A DNA stretch of 64,000 bases from a virus (IMGVR_UViG_3300029513_000230:1-64000), one strand, 5' to 3'; positions 20,018 to 30,210 are shown, counted from the first letter of the stretch. Translations and numbers: made by a program. The notes: generated by a model from the letters alone, not told the origin.

Positions 20018-20269
20018 ATGAAAATGGAAAAAGAAACTATAAAGAACAAAGTATTTGAGATCATTGAGAGTAAACGTTATCACAAAGGTCAGCCACTTAC
20101 GATGGAATCCAAGCTGGAGGATGATCTATGGATGGACAGTCTTGACGAGATAGAGTTATTAATGGAATTAGAGAAAGAGTTTGGCATATCGATCCCTGAT
20201 GATGATCCCGGACGATGCCTTACCGTAAAGGACGTTGTTGATTATATAATCCGGAGGATGAAAGAATGA
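20018..20269 (+). CDS. acyl carrier protein-like (phosphopantetheine-attachment DSL motif)
   Basis: LEDDLWMDSLDEIELLMELEKEFGISIPDDD aligns with the ACP helix II signature LGxDSLDxVELVMxLEEEF. Confidence 0.6.
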   Translation: MKMEKETIKNKVFEIIESKRYHKGQPLTMESKLEDDLWMDSLDEIELLMELEKEFGISIPDDDPGRCLTVKDVVDYIIRRMKE

Positions 20270-20913
20270 GACAATACAACGATTGGGAAGAGATCGACAA
20301 GGACACGAACGGCCTTGTCACCTCGCTAACATACATGGTACTTTTCGTTAACGACCAAGCGTATAACTACACGGTATCGCTCATGGAGGCCATTAGGAAT
20401 AGCGAGCACTACAGGCATAACGCCAAACGGACGGCCAACGCTATCGAAAAAGAGATAGACGCTTATAACACGAACATCTTCCGGATAGCCAAGGCCAATA
20501 AGGAGGCGTTCGCCGAGATAACGCAAAGCATGGAGGAGGACGTACAGCCTCATATTGAGAGGTATTATTACACGATCAGCCAGATATTGCTGGATCACGG
20601 GGTATCGGGCTCATCTAACCGGATCGCATCCCTGTCATCCACGATAAACATGCTGGCGCAGATGTCTAGGATCACGATAAGCGATTTCGGCGACAGGATG
20701 CGGGGGATCGTCCCGTTGGCGTACAATCCCCTTTCCTATCTGGCACTGGACAAGGTGGAGTACCTGAGCGATCGGTTATCAAGTGAGGTCACGGGGAAGG
20801 ACGTGAGAATAAACTTAAATGAGCAGCCCGGGATCGTGAAGGCGTTCACGGCGATAACGAACGCTATACTTAGGCCGGAGGTCTTTGAGAAGGCTTTTGA
20901 CAGGGCGGGATAA
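20266..20913 (+). CDS. hypothetical protein
   Basis: ORF; start overlaps the ACP-like stop. Confidence 0.45.
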   Translation: MRQYNDWEEIDKDTNGLVTSLTYMVLFVNDQAYNYTVSLMEAIRNSEHYRHNAKRTANAIEKEIDAYNTNIFRIAKANKEAFAEITQSMEEDVQPHIERYYYTISQILLDHGVSGSSNRIASLSSTINMLAQMSRITISDFGDRMRGIVPLAYNPLSYLALDKVEYLSDRLSSEVTGKDVRINLNEQPGIVKAFTAITNAILRPEVFEKAFDRAG

Positions 20914-21196
20914 TTTTTCAAGGATTTTATTTGGCGTTTTGGAAAGAAGTGGTACATTTGCAGCGAACTTCATACACATAGGCAAGCGGAAGCCTGCCAT
21001 ATATAGCGGGCATTTTTTATGCTTGTAAGATCGTTGCATCTATATGATATAGCGGTTGTTTCTCCCGTGTGGAGCGTTAATGCGCCCACTGCCTATGTGG
21101 TGAAGTTCAACGGGTCGGAAGCAACCGCTTTTCGCTTGCCCTGCTAAATAGGGATGCAGCACAAAACTTTCCTGTAATGCCTAAAGAACTTCAAAA

Positions 21197-21997
21197 ATGG
21201 CAGAAATTACAACAAACGTAGGGGCGTTAATCCCCATTAATGAGAGTAATGGCAAGAAAGCCGTTAGCGCAAGAGCTTTGTACGACTTTTTAGGTTGTAC
21301 AGAAAGATTCCAGTCTTGGTTTGATCGGCAACTACAGTACGGTTTCGACGAAAACAAGGACTATGTAGGGTGTAAAGTATTTAACACCCTTGCGAATCAA
21401 GAACTTCAAGATTACGCAATGACATTAAGCATGGCGAAAGAAGTATCAATGATCCAAAGAAGCGAGAAAGGGAAGCAAGCCCGCCGTTACTTCATCGCTT
21501 GCGAGGAAAGACTGAAAGAAAGCAAATCAATTAGCCAATCCAGACCATCGTCCGTCACCCCGACAAAAGTCCGTGCCGGAATCGAATGGGTGAAAGGCGT
21601 AAGTGAGATGCTGAACCTCAATGACGTTTCCAAGTTGTCATTACTGGAGAAGGTAGCCACGCCACTTGGATTGCCATTGCCCGATTACGTGCCGTCAAAA
21701 GGAGTGATGAAGTCGGCTACCGATCTACTCAACGAGAAAGGTTACAAGGTATCACGGAATCAATTCTACAAAAGGGCTATCGAGCTAGGATATATCGAAC
21801 GTATATCACGTAAATCATCTAAAGGCAAGATCAAATATTTCAACTCCATATCCAAGAAAGGACTCGAATACGGAGAGAATCAGATAAACAAGAACAACCC
21901 GAAGGAAACTCAACCGGAGTGGTATGTGGACAAATTCGATTCTCTTATGCTAGTATTGGGATTTTCAAAGATGGAGGAGTTGAACTATGCAGGCTAA
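21197..21997 (+). CDS. phage antirepressor (ORF6N/AntA-like N-terminal domain)
   Basis: ...VSARALYDFLGCTERFQSWFDRQLQYGFDENKDYVG..., an ORF6N-type motif. Confidence 0.6.
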   Translation: MAEITTNVGALIPINESNGKKAVSARALYDFLGCTERFQSWFDRQLQYGFDENKDYVGCKVFNTLANQELQDYAMTLSMAKEVSMIQRSEKGKQARRYFIACEERLKESKSISQSRPSSVTPTKVRAGIEWVKGVSEMLNLNDVSKLSLLEKVATPLGLPLPDYVPSKGVMKSATDLLNEKGYKVSRNQFYKRAIELGYIERISRKSSKGKIKYFNSISKKGLEYGENQINKNNPKETQPEWYVDKFDSLMLVLGFSKMEELNYAG

Positions 21998-22193
21998 AGA
22001 ATACGATTTCACGTCCTTCAACGAGTTCATTAACAAGGTTATCAATCCATCGGAAATGTGCGAACAATTGACAGACCTTGTATTCAATTACTCATGGTGC
22101 ATCAACGAGGAAACGGTGGATCGTTTCAAGGACGATATCGCCACGATCTATATGTTGCTAGGGGAGTTCAAGAAACTCGCAGAGCAGAACTAA
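21987..22193 (+). CDS. hypothetical protein
   Basis: ORF only. Confidence 0.35.
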   Translation: MQAKEYDFTSFNEFINKVINPSEMCEQLTDLVFNYSWCINEETVDRFKDDIATIYMLLGEFKKLAEQN

Positions 22194-22360
22194 TACTTAC
22201 CCGGGGTATTCCGTCCAAGGGATACCCCCTTAAATCAACAGGAGAAAATTAGCATGAGAAATAAAGAACTAATCGCTCTATTACAAGAGCAAGACCCGGA
22301 AGCGGAGGTAATGATCCGCACGTCCGATGGAGAGTATGAGTACGATCCGGTGGATGTAAC

Positions 22361-23002
22361 ATGGGACGAAGAGATAGAATGCACAATTATTCAGGAGGGG
22401 TAAATATGAAAAATGAAACAAAAATCCTCAATTTATTTGTCGGTAACGACAAGTATAGACCAGCATTAAACCAAGCGTTCAAGCAAGGGGACATGGTATG
22501 TGCCACTGACGCTATCACGCTTATAACAATACCTATATCCTTGATAGGTCTTAGGTATCCGTATCAAGACAAGCCAGATGTATCATCTGTGTTGAATATA
22601 AGGAAAGAATGCCATGAGATCATAGAATTGTCTTGGTTGAAGGAATTGTACGATGACGTTCCGATGATAAATGAAACGTATAAGTGCGATGCTTGCGCAG
22701 GTACCGGGATGGTTGATTATGAGTTTTGTTTTGATGATATAATCTATACAGAAGAGGAGGAATGCCCCGTATGTCGTGGAAATGGTCATTTAGGCGAGAC
22801 TGAGGAAATGATAAAAGATCCCCAATATGACATTGACATACACGGGAATCCTTTTAAATCCGGGCGTGTGCTTAAAATGATAAATCTCATGAAGCTTATT
22901 GATATCACCTCTTGTGTTCTTGTTTCGAACCCTTCATCTGAACCTAACCTGTTTAGGTTCGAGAATGGGATAAATGTAATATTAATGCCAAGTTTTAGAT
23001 GA
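22361..23002 (+). CDS. hypothetical protein with DnaJ-type CxxCxGxG zinc finger
   Basis: CDACAGTG and CPVCRGNG motifs. Confidence 0.4.
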   Translation: MGRRDRMHNYSGGVNMKNETKILNLFVGNDKYRPALNQAFKQGDMVCATDAITLITIPISLIGLRYPYQDKPDVSSVLNIRKECHEIIELSWLKELYDDVPMINETYKCDACAGTGMVDYEFCFDDIIYTEEEECPVCRGNGHLGETEEMIKDPQYDIDIHGNPFKSGRVLKMINLMKLIDITSCVLVSNPSSEPNLFRFENGINVILMPSFR

Positions 23003-23003
23003 T

Positions 23004-23420
23004 ATGAATCAGATTTGCACGAATAAAGAACAATCATCCCGGCTATTAGAGGCCGGGGTGAACCCGAAGACGGCGGACATGTATCTTGACGAGTTCGAAT
23101 GTCCGGTCGCATTTGAATATAGAAGGATTGAAGGGCACGTGGGTCAAGATATGGCATTCCCGGCTTGGTCTCTATCGGCTTTAATAGACATGATGCCAAA
23201 ATCGTACCAAGACGATATAGACGGAATGATTTATTACCTATCCGGAAATTTCGTTGAACTCATGTACGCATCGGACAAGATCGAGGATGAGGAAGGCGAC
23301 AAGACTTATACTTGCGCAAACTCCTTCAACAAGGAGAACTTGATGGACAATGTGATTGACGCTATAGAGTGGCTCATCAAGAGAGGTCACTTGAATAAGA
23401 AATTCCTAACAGATAAATAA
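23004..23420 (+). CDS. hypothetical protein
   Basis: ORF only. Confidence 0.4.
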   Translation: MNQICTNKEQSSRLLEAGVNPKTADMYLDEFECPVAFEYRRIEGHVGQDMAFPAWSLSALIDMMPKSYQDDIDGMIYYLSGNFVELMYASDKIEDEEGDKTYTCANSFNKENLMDNVIDAIEWLIKRGHLNKKFLTDK

Positions 23421-23422
23421 AT

Positions 23423-23617
23423 ATGAGCAAAGAATATAGAGTCGTAAGATACTTCTATGGTTATCCCGAATACACCATGTGTAAATGTGATACAATCGAA
23501 GAAGCGAGAGTTAAGCGCAAAGAGCATAACGATAAAGAGAACAAGCCTTATATCAGTTATCATATATTGGTAGATGGCGATGAGAAATTTAGTGGTAAAT
23601 CCTATAGAACTGAATGA
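23423..23617 (+). CDS. hypothetical protein
   Basis: ORF only. Confidence 0.35.
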   Translation: MSKEYRVVRYFYGYPEYTMCKCDTIEEARVKRKEHNDKENKPYISYHILVDGDEKFSGKSYRTE

Positions 23618-24039
23618 TTATGAATGAACAGGTATTATCAGTAGAACAAATGCAACACCTTATTAAATTAGGTATTGACGTGAGCAGTGCAAGCATGAAG
23701 TTTATAAGCACCCATCCAAGTTGTGATTATAGCGAAGATGATGAAATCGAGTTTATACCAGTCTGTGTTAATTTTTATGCTAAACAGTATAATGAGAGTG
23801 GCAAGACATTTACCTTGCAAGATATGTTGGCTCTCATGCCAAAACAGATAGATGACTATACATTGAATTGGTACATATCAGAAATGATTTTCAGATATGA
23901 TAAAATTGATTTATTTGGTAAGTTTGAGGTGTTAGAGGATTTATCGTTCTATTTCAACGAGAATGTAACAATCTTAAATGTAGCCTATGGTATGCTCTGT
24001 AAGCTTGCGGAATGTGGATATTTAAACAATAAGCATTAA
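23614..24039 (+). CDS. hypothetical protein
   Basis: ORF only. Confidence 0.4.
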   Translation: MIMNEQVLSVEQMQHLIKLGIDVSSASMKFISTHPSCDYSEDDEIEFIPVCVNFYAKQYNESGKTFTLQDMLALMPKQIDDYTLNWYISEMIFRYDKIDLFGKFEVLEDLSFYFNENVTILNVAYGMLCKLAECGYLNNKH

Positions 24040-24041
24040 CA

Positions 24042-24389
24042 ATGGAAAGAGATATTGATAAGAGACAGACGGTAGAAGAAGCGGCTCATTTCTTCGCTGA
24101 AAGCAGGAGTAGCGGTAGTGCATTCCCTGCGTATTATCAGGGATTTATAGCAGGTGCCGAATGGCAGGCAAAGCAATTACCGTGGATAAGCACAAAAGAT
24201 AAGTTACCTGATGATGAAGATCTGGTAATAACTGGCTGCTGGTGTACTGATTATTTTAAATACTTACAACAGGGTTGGTATTGCAGAGAATGTAATGAAT
24301 GGTATGATATTAATGGTGATAAAATTTGTGTTACCCATTGGATGCCTATACTCGATCTGAGGAATAGTATTAACCTAGCCTTCTCATGA
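24042..24389 (+). CDS. hypothetical protein (Trp/Cys-rich, DUF551-like?)
   Basis: ORF only. Confidence 0.35.
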   Translation: MERDIDKRQTVEEAAHFFAESRSSGSAFPAYYQGFIAGAEWQAKQLPWISTKDKLPDDEDLVITGCWCTDYFKYLQQGWYCRECNEWYDINGDKICVTHWMPILDLRNSINLAFS

Positions 24390-24414
24390 AGGCTCATAAT
24401 TGATGGAAATTGAA

Positions 24415-24648
24415 CTATTCAACCTCATTCCATGTCGTGCGACCATCCAACTCTTCCAATTTTTCCGTAATCTCCTTGTTTATGCGATAAGACCTAACCG
24501 CATTAAATATTGATATGAACGGCGATAGAATAATACCGATAAATGTTATGGTTGTACACTTATAAAACATCCCTATAACAGCGATCGCAAATGAGACTAG
24601 ATGTAGTATCAATAATATCCAATTCTTTTTAATAAAATCAAGATTCAT
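24415..24648 (-). CDS. small membrane protein
   Basis: Two TM helices; opposite strand within the early arm. Confidence 0.35.
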   Translation of the reverse strand: MNLDFIKKNWILLILHLVSFAIAVIGMFYKCTTITFIGIILSPFISIFNAVRSYRINKEITEKLEELDGRTTWNEVE

Positions 24649-24689
24649 ATTTATGTATTAAAATTTTAGATACAAAAATACTAAATTAA

Positions 24690-25481
24690 ATGGTAATAGC
24701 ATGGTTTTCTTGCGGAGCAACGTCCGCAGTCGCTTGTAAGATAGCGTTGAGCCTGTACAACGATGTACAGGTCTACTATATAGATACCGGATCCGGGCAT
24801 CCCGATAATACTCGCTTCCTCGCTGATTGCGAGGAGTGGTACGGTCGACCAATCCACACTATACGAAGCGATAAGTATAGCAGTGTGGCAGATGTGCTTC
24901 GGAAGGGATATATTAATGGCCCTACGGGTGCGGCCTGTACATTGAAGTTAAAAAAGGAAGTCCGGTATAAGCTCGAGAAAGAATTTGGTTGTTGGGATGG
25001 TCAAGTATGGGGATTCGATTTTGATCCTAAGGAGATAAACCGGGCGATCCGTCTAAAGCAGCAATATCCGGAAACAAAACCGCTATTTCCGCTTATAGAA
25101 CGACAGATCACGAAACAGGACGCAATGGGTATGCTATGGAAAGCGGGCATTGAGATCCCTGCCATGTATAAGCTTGGGTATAATAACAATAACTGTATAG
25201 GTTGTGTCAAAGGAGGAATGGGATATTGGAACAAGATAAGGAAAGATTTTCCAGATAAGTTCAACGAAATGGCAGAGATCGAAAGAAAGATCGGTGCTAC
25301 TTGTCTAAAAGACAATAAAGGTAAGATATACCTAGATGAGCTTAATCCTAATCGTGGTGATCCTGTACAAGAAATTATTCCGGATTGCTCTTTGATATGT
25401 CAGATCGAGTTTCAAGAGATACTAGATAGACAGGTAAAAAGAGTTCTTGATGGGGAAATAAGTATTAATGATGTAAAATAG
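24690..25481 (+). CDS. PAPS-reductase-family (PP-loop ATP pyrophosphatase-like) protein
   Basis: N-terminal AWFSCGATSAVA PP-loop variant plus YYIDTGSGHPD. Confidence 0.65.
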   Translation: MVIAWFSCGATSAVACKIALSLYNDVQVYYIDTGSGHPDNTRFLADCEEWYGRPIHTIRSDKYSSVADVLRKGYINGPTGAACTLKLKKEVRYKLEKEFGCWDGQVWGFDFDPKEINRAIRLKQQYPETKPLFPLIERQITKQDAMGMLWKAGIEIPAMYKLGYNNNNCIGCVKGGMGYWNKIRKDFPDKFNEMAEIERKIGATCLKDNKGKIYLDELNPNRGDPVQEIIPDCSLICQIEFQEILDRQVKRVLDGEISINDVK

Positions 25482-25529
25482 TATTAACCGAGCCTTCATG
25501 GGAAGGCTCATAATTAAGAATGAATAAGT

Positions 25530-25721
25530 ATGAAAACAGAAATTACAGTAGAAAAGGCTAAAAACGGCTTTATTATATCAAACGTAGCTACGGGCGTAAA
25601 GATTGTTGCCACAACAGAGAAGGACGCATCGGACATTATTTCGGAAGATTTGTCACATGTTTTTAATGGCATGAAAGACGGAGACAAAAAACTGATTGAA
25701 TTTCAAATAGCTAACAGCTAA
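25530..25721 (+). CDS. hypothetical protein
   Basis: ORF only. Confidence 0.35.
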   Translation: MKTEITVEKAKNGFIISNVATGVKIVATTEKDASDIISEDLSHVFNGMKDGDKKLIEFQIANS

Positions 25722-25737
25722 GAATATAAAGTACGAA

Positions 25738-26016
25738 ATGGTATTATCACCTGAAACAGTCAACGCCTACAAGGAACTGTTGACAAATCCCCAAAAACAT
25801 GGCTTACAATTTAAGCCATTGCATGAATGTTTTGAAGAAATAGAAGAAGTAACCCCCAAACATTTATTGTTTGAAGACTTCGCAAATTACCTTCAAAAGC
25901 CTTTACCCAAAGTGGTATTTTATATCATAATGGATGAATTGTACTCTCATCTGATAGATAAGGATGAGAAAACGAAAGATTTAGGATATAGATTGAAATT
26001 GATAGCAAAACAGTAA
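25738..26016 (+). CDS. hypothetical protein
   Basis: ORF only. Confidence 0.35.
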   Translation: MVLSPETVNAYKELLTNPQKHGLQFKPLHECFEEIEEVTPKHLLFEDFANYLQKPLPKVVFYIIMDELYSHLIDKDEKTKDLGYRLKLIAKQ

Positions 26017-26022
26017 GAAATC

Positions 26023-26238
26023 ATGGAAGAAAACAAAGAAAAATCGATCAAACTAGCTATAGAAGCTATGAGGCCCTTACCGGTAAACTCTTTCGCCGGA
26101 TATTGCAGCGTAACCGATGATCGGTCTCCGGAAGAGAAACATCGGGATAATATGAGGTTCTGCAAAGAGATAAATGAACTTCAATCAGATATGCTCATAA
26201 CCTTGGCCAGCAAGATAGAAACATTCCTTAATGGATAA
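26023..26238 (+). CDS. hypothetical protein
   Basis: ORF only. Confidence 0.35.
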   Translation: MEENKEKSIKLAIEAMRPLPVNSFAGYCSVTDDRSPEEKHRDNMRFCKEINELQSDMLITLASKIETFLNG

Positions 26239-26436
26239 AAAGAAAAAAATGACATGGAAATACTTGTAAAGTATATGCGTCTAGTCTATCGTGCAAGATA
26301 TCATAACAGGCACATCAAATGCCGTATCCGGGCCATCACCTCATGGAAGTTTATAGGCTCGAACGACAACGATTCTATAAGGCGGTCTATCTCCCGTCTT
26401 ACAGAATCGTTTCTTTTCTTGTTATGTGATCGTGTC

Positions 26437-26928
26437 CTAGTCATCCATGGCACACATATAAATCCAAACCTTGCCTTCAGGAGCGTCATCGTCAAGGAAA
26501 TAGAAATTTATAGCGTCCTCGATGATTTTCTTTTCAGCGTCATGGTCAAACCATTCCGAGAACTTCACCTCCTTGTCGTGCCAGTTCGCATTAAGAGCGA
26601 CGTACACATCCCATATGTTAGCGTTGCCCGGTACGCTCATGCCTTTAGCGACGGCGGTTACTTGCTGGATGTTCCAGTGCTCACCCTTATCCTCCCCCGA
26701 CTTGCCTTTATGGTGCATTGCCGCCACGTCCATCTTAGCGAAATGCTCATTATAATGAGGACCGCAAAAAACCTCATGTATATCACGTATGGTCTCGTCA
26801 TACGTGTCGGGATCTTTTTCCTTTAGACACTCCATCGCCTCGTCCAGTTCTCCTATGGCCTCCCACATCTTTTTTTCGGATACCATCCCTTTTGAGTGGT
26901 AATCCTTCATCAGTTCTTTGTAACGCAT
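26437..26928 (-). CDS. hypothetical protein
   Basis: 163-aa ORF in a GC-richer block. Confidence 0.45.
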   Translation of the reverse strand: MRYKELMKDYHSKGMVSEKKMWEAIGELDEAMECLKEKDPDTYDETIRDIHEVFCGPHYNEHFAKMDVAAMHHKGKSGEDKGEHWNIQQVTAVAKGMSVPGNANIWDVYVALNANWHDKEVKFSEWFDHDAEKKIIEDAINFYFLDDDAPEGKVWIYMCAMDD

Positions 26929-26954
26929 GATCTTGCATTTTAAACATTAATGAA

Positions 26955-27371
26955 TCAAGCGCCGGGAGCCGCTGGAAAGGTAGCGGAAATAGTCAATGGG
27001 GTAGCCAAACTTACACCGTAGGCACGGTTACAACACTTGACGTTCTCGGGCGTGACTTGGGTGACGAGAGGGGTAAGAGATATCGTGGGAACAGCACCAG
27101 CGGCCCCGATAAAAGCTACCTTGAATTGCTCGACCCATTGCTTGGTAACCGTCCTGCAGGATCCCTTGGGCGTATAAGCCACAAGTACGGCGGCATTGAT
27201 CGTAACCGTCGTTTGCGTATTCACCGTACTTTGCTCGGCGACGGTGAAATTGACTATGCCGGTAGGCTGTACGCCATTGTCTGCGCAATAGGCCTGACAT
27301 AAATTCTCCACTACATTAGTCAAGTATTGTTGGCTGGTAGCGGCGATCGCAATTGGTGTTAATTGAATCAT
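26955..27371 (-). CDS. hypothetical Ala/Thr/Val-rich protein
   Basis: ORF only. Confidence 0.4.
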   Translation of the reverse strand: MIQLTPIAIAATSQQYLTNVVENLCQAYCADNGVQPTGIVNFTVAEQSTVNTQTTVTINAAVLVAYTPKGSCRTVTKQWVEQFKVAFIGAAGAVPTISLTPLVTQVTPENVKCCNRAYGVSLATPLTISATFPAAPGA

Positions 27372-27393
27372 GATCGTAATTATTATTGATTAT

Positions 27394-27864
27394 TTATTTA
27401 TCCACATCATCACCTTGTGGAATAGGTTCCTCTGTCAATACCTCGTATGAGCCGGTCTTTTCCGGGACCGGAAGATTGTAACGCAACAACGTCCTTAGTT
27501 CCTCCAAGTCATCGGTCTCGAACTCGACCTTTCCCTCAAACAGGGAAAGCCCGCCGTTTCTTATAGCGTCCTCCACCACCTTGTGCGCCAACTCCGGGAT
27601 AGCCTCATCGGGGATGCCTTGAAGGTACCGAGCCAACATCGGCTCAACTAATGAGGATGACAATCCGTCTAGCAATGGGGATATCTCCTTGGATATGCTC
27701 CACATGGGACTTACCCAACCCGTGGAGCGTAACTTAGCGTCTATGTTCGCTATGAAAGGAAGTTGTCCCAACCGAGTTCCCAAGAGACCTTGGATAGCGG
27801 GCTGTGCCCACTTATTGAGCACAGCCGCCAGTTTTTGAGCGTTAGAGTACATGGCCATCATCAA
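27394..27864 (-). CDS. hypothetical protein
   Basis: ORF only. Confidence 0.45.
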   Translation of the reverse strand: MMMAMYSNAQKLAAVLNKWAQPAIQGLLGTRLGQLPFIANIDAKLRSTGWVSPMWSISKEISPLLDGLSSSLVEPMLARYLQGIPDEAIPELAHKVVEDAIRNGGLSLFEGKVEFETDDLEELRTLLRYNLPVPEKTGSYEVLTEEPIPQGDDVDK

Positions 27865-28361
27865 TTACATCCGCAACATCCCGTATCACAAACCTTACGC
27901 TGCGGGATCACCAACTCGCTCAATGCCGCTAGATCCGCAATCTGCTGTTGCATGCACTTCAATGTAGCGGTGTTAGTCCCATTGTAAACGGCTTGGTTCA
28001 TGTTAATTGAGGCTTGTTCCTCCTTGTTCCTGTTGATGATTGTCAACAAGCGGTCATAAACATCCGCCAACTTTTGGTCAGTGTAAGTGTTGGATTTCAA
28101 CAAGGCGATCTCCGAGTCCTTAGCGGAAATCTTATCCATCATCCCAGCCTCATAGCGGGAAATAGGCCTGTCTTCGGATGTGATTACCTCAACCGGACCG
28201 CCATATCCAGCGTTCCTTACGTTGCCACAACCACCCAAAAGATTCCCGGCGTTCAATCCCAAGAAAGAAGCGATACCTGCGGAAGCTCCCACGGTGTTGT
28301 AATTACCTTGGCCTTGCCCGGTGACACTGTACTCCTCACCATTCATTCCTTTAATTCTCAT
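27861..28361 (-). CDS. hypothetical Gly-rich protein with C-terminal CDTGCCGCN
   Basis: Gly/Asn-rich N-terminal third; C-terminal Cys cluster. Confidence 0.45.
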   Translation of the reverse strand: MRIKGMNGEEYSVTGQGQGNYNTVGASAGIASFLGLNAGNLLGGCGNVRNAGYGGPVEVITSEDRPISRYEAGMMDKISAKDSEIALLKSNTYTDQKLADVYDRLLTIINRNKEEQASINMNQAVYNGTNTATLKCMQQQIADLAALSELVIPQRKVCDTGCCGCN

Positions 28362-28802
28362 AACCTAGATTTTTTTAATGATCATATCCGGGTTATCCCG
28401 GACACCACAAAAATCCACAGAAGTGCCTTGCTAAATAAATATCTCATTGCTAGCTTGTTGCGAGGTTGTTGCTAGTTCTTTGCGGAAGGGGATGAGACAA
28501 AAAAACGCCGCCAATTTGTATTGACGACGCTTTTACCTTTTAAGGGAGGCTTTATAATGATATGGAAAGGAGCTCTTCTCCTAATTTATGCAAGGCTTAT
28601 TTTTTATGGTTGGTTACTTTTTATATCTACCGGTTCCACCTGTTTCCAATACATGCATTGTAGCGTGGTTGGACTAGATATATGTTTTTTTCTATCTGAG
28701 TATTTATCGAAACTATTCCTTTCTAGGAATTCATCATACTCCTTAGCTTTTGGTTCATCTAAATTTTTCATATCATTCTATTTTATATAGCATGAAATAA
28801 TT

Positions 28803-29162
28803 TTATATGGTAGACAGGAACTCTGACAATGAATCCATGTCCGAAAATTCTTTAACCTCACTGTCCTCATGCATATTCCTCGGTTTATTTCTATTACCTT
28901 TTACTATTTTCATCATCAGATCTATAGAGTCGCTCTCATTCTCCATAGAGACCCTCACTTTATCCAAGGCCAAAGCCTCTATTGTATTGCATAACTCATC
29001 CGCAAATGATCGAGACATAAAATATACATCCTTAAAATCTATACGTACACATGGGCTATTCAAATCCTTAGCCCTCATATAGATTTTTTTAGCTTCTGTC
29101 CTAGAACGAAGCTCTCCCCTTATCAATTCTGATATCACAATTGTCTTTTCCATGATCTTCAT
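28803..29162 (-). CDS. STAS-like (DUF4325-type) protein
   Basis: 119 aa. Its size and a 4-bp overlap with an upstream GHKL-ATPase gene match the known DUF4325/HATPase pairing; the domain call itself rests on this context and on recalled family knowledge. Confidence 0.45.
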   Translation of the reverse strand: MKIMEKTIVISELIRGELRSRTEAKKIYMRAKDLNSPCVRIDFKDVYFMSRSFADELCNTIEALALDKVRVSMENESDSIDLMMKIVKGNRNKPRNMHEDSEVKEFSDMDSLSEFLSTI

Positions 29163-29659
29163 TCTAAATATTCATAAAAATTAAACATCCTTTCCTCTTT
29201 ATATGGTATCCTTAATGCCACTATAGTTCCATCCCATTTTATATAATCAGGAAGTCCTATATATGATGTCTCTTCCTCTGACATAAGATGAAACGCTTGC
29301 CCAGACAGCAAAAAATATGTTCCTCCAAGTCCCTTAGACAACATTCTCTTGCAAGTACTTATACCATAACCACGATTCTCGGTATCTGGTAAATTTTTAG
29401 TCGATATACCCTTTCCAGCGCTTTTTAAAGCCTCCACATCGTTAGTTATACCTCCCTTGCCAGACTTAACATAACTACCCAGTATACTTATACCATTATC
29501 CGCTATGCAAATGTCTATATAACTCTTTGACGGATAATACTGAGCAAATATATAACCAAATTCACTCTCTGAATGTTCAGATATATTGTCAATCGTCTCA
29601 GTCAGCATATAAGATAAAGCCTTTCTCAACTCTCCTTCAATATTTAATTGCCTTATCAT
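29159..29659 (-). CDS. GHKL/histidine-kinase-like ATPase (RsbW/SpoIIAB-like)
   Basis: TETIDNISEHS (N-box-like) and NRGYGISTCKRM (G-box-like) motifs; 166 aa. Confidence 0.5.
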   Translation of the reverse strand: MIRQLNIEGELRKALSYMLTETIDNISEHSESEFGYIFAQYYPSKSYIDICIADNGISILGSYVKSGKGGITNDVEALKSAGKGISTKNLPDTENRGYGISTCKRMLSKGLGGTYFLLSGQAFHLMSEEETSYIGLPDYIKWDGTIVALRIPYKEERMFNFYEYLE

Positions 29660-29670
29660 TATATTCTCTG

Positions 29671-30093
29671 CTACAGACAGTATATCGTTTTTATGCTATC
29701 CTTGCTTTTACATCCCGGAAACTTTATTATAGGAATATATTTTTTCATAGAAAAATATTCCATATAATTATGAAAATCACTAACACTGTCAGCTACTACA
29801 CCTCCTTCAAAATGAATAGAGTCCAGATAGCTTTTAACACTGTCCGATATATTCTTGCAAACCACATTCTTACCGCACTTATCTCTATAAAGCATAAGAG
29901 GCAATAAGAAAAATGGAGTCACAAATGCCGTATATTGGAAGTTCCATATGAAATCATCATCATCGGAATTCTCCATTTTCAGGATTATCCTGAATAGATG
30001 ATTGAAGGCTTCTCCTATCCTAATATCATTTACCGCATGTGGCATATATATTTCCATAATGAAACTTTTCGTATACAACAAAGCCTCTGCCAA
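29671..30093 (-). CDS. hypothetical protein
   Basis: ORF immediately upstream of the ATPase gene. Confidence 0.4.
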   Translation of the reverse strand: MAEALLYTKSFIMEIYMPHAVNDIRIGEAFNHLFRIILKMENSDDDDFIWNFQYTAFVTPFFLLPLMLYRDKCGKNVVCKNISDSVKSYLDSIHFEGGVVADSVSDFHNYMEYFSMKKYIPIIKFPGCKSKDSIKTIYCL

Positions 30094-30210
30094 GGCTGGT
30101 TACTTGACGAGGCTACAAAATCACCTTTTACGCCGCAAATGTCGCAAAAAATTTTGTTATATGAAAATTTTTTCATAGACAAATCACATGCCTTACAACA
30201 TAACGCACCC

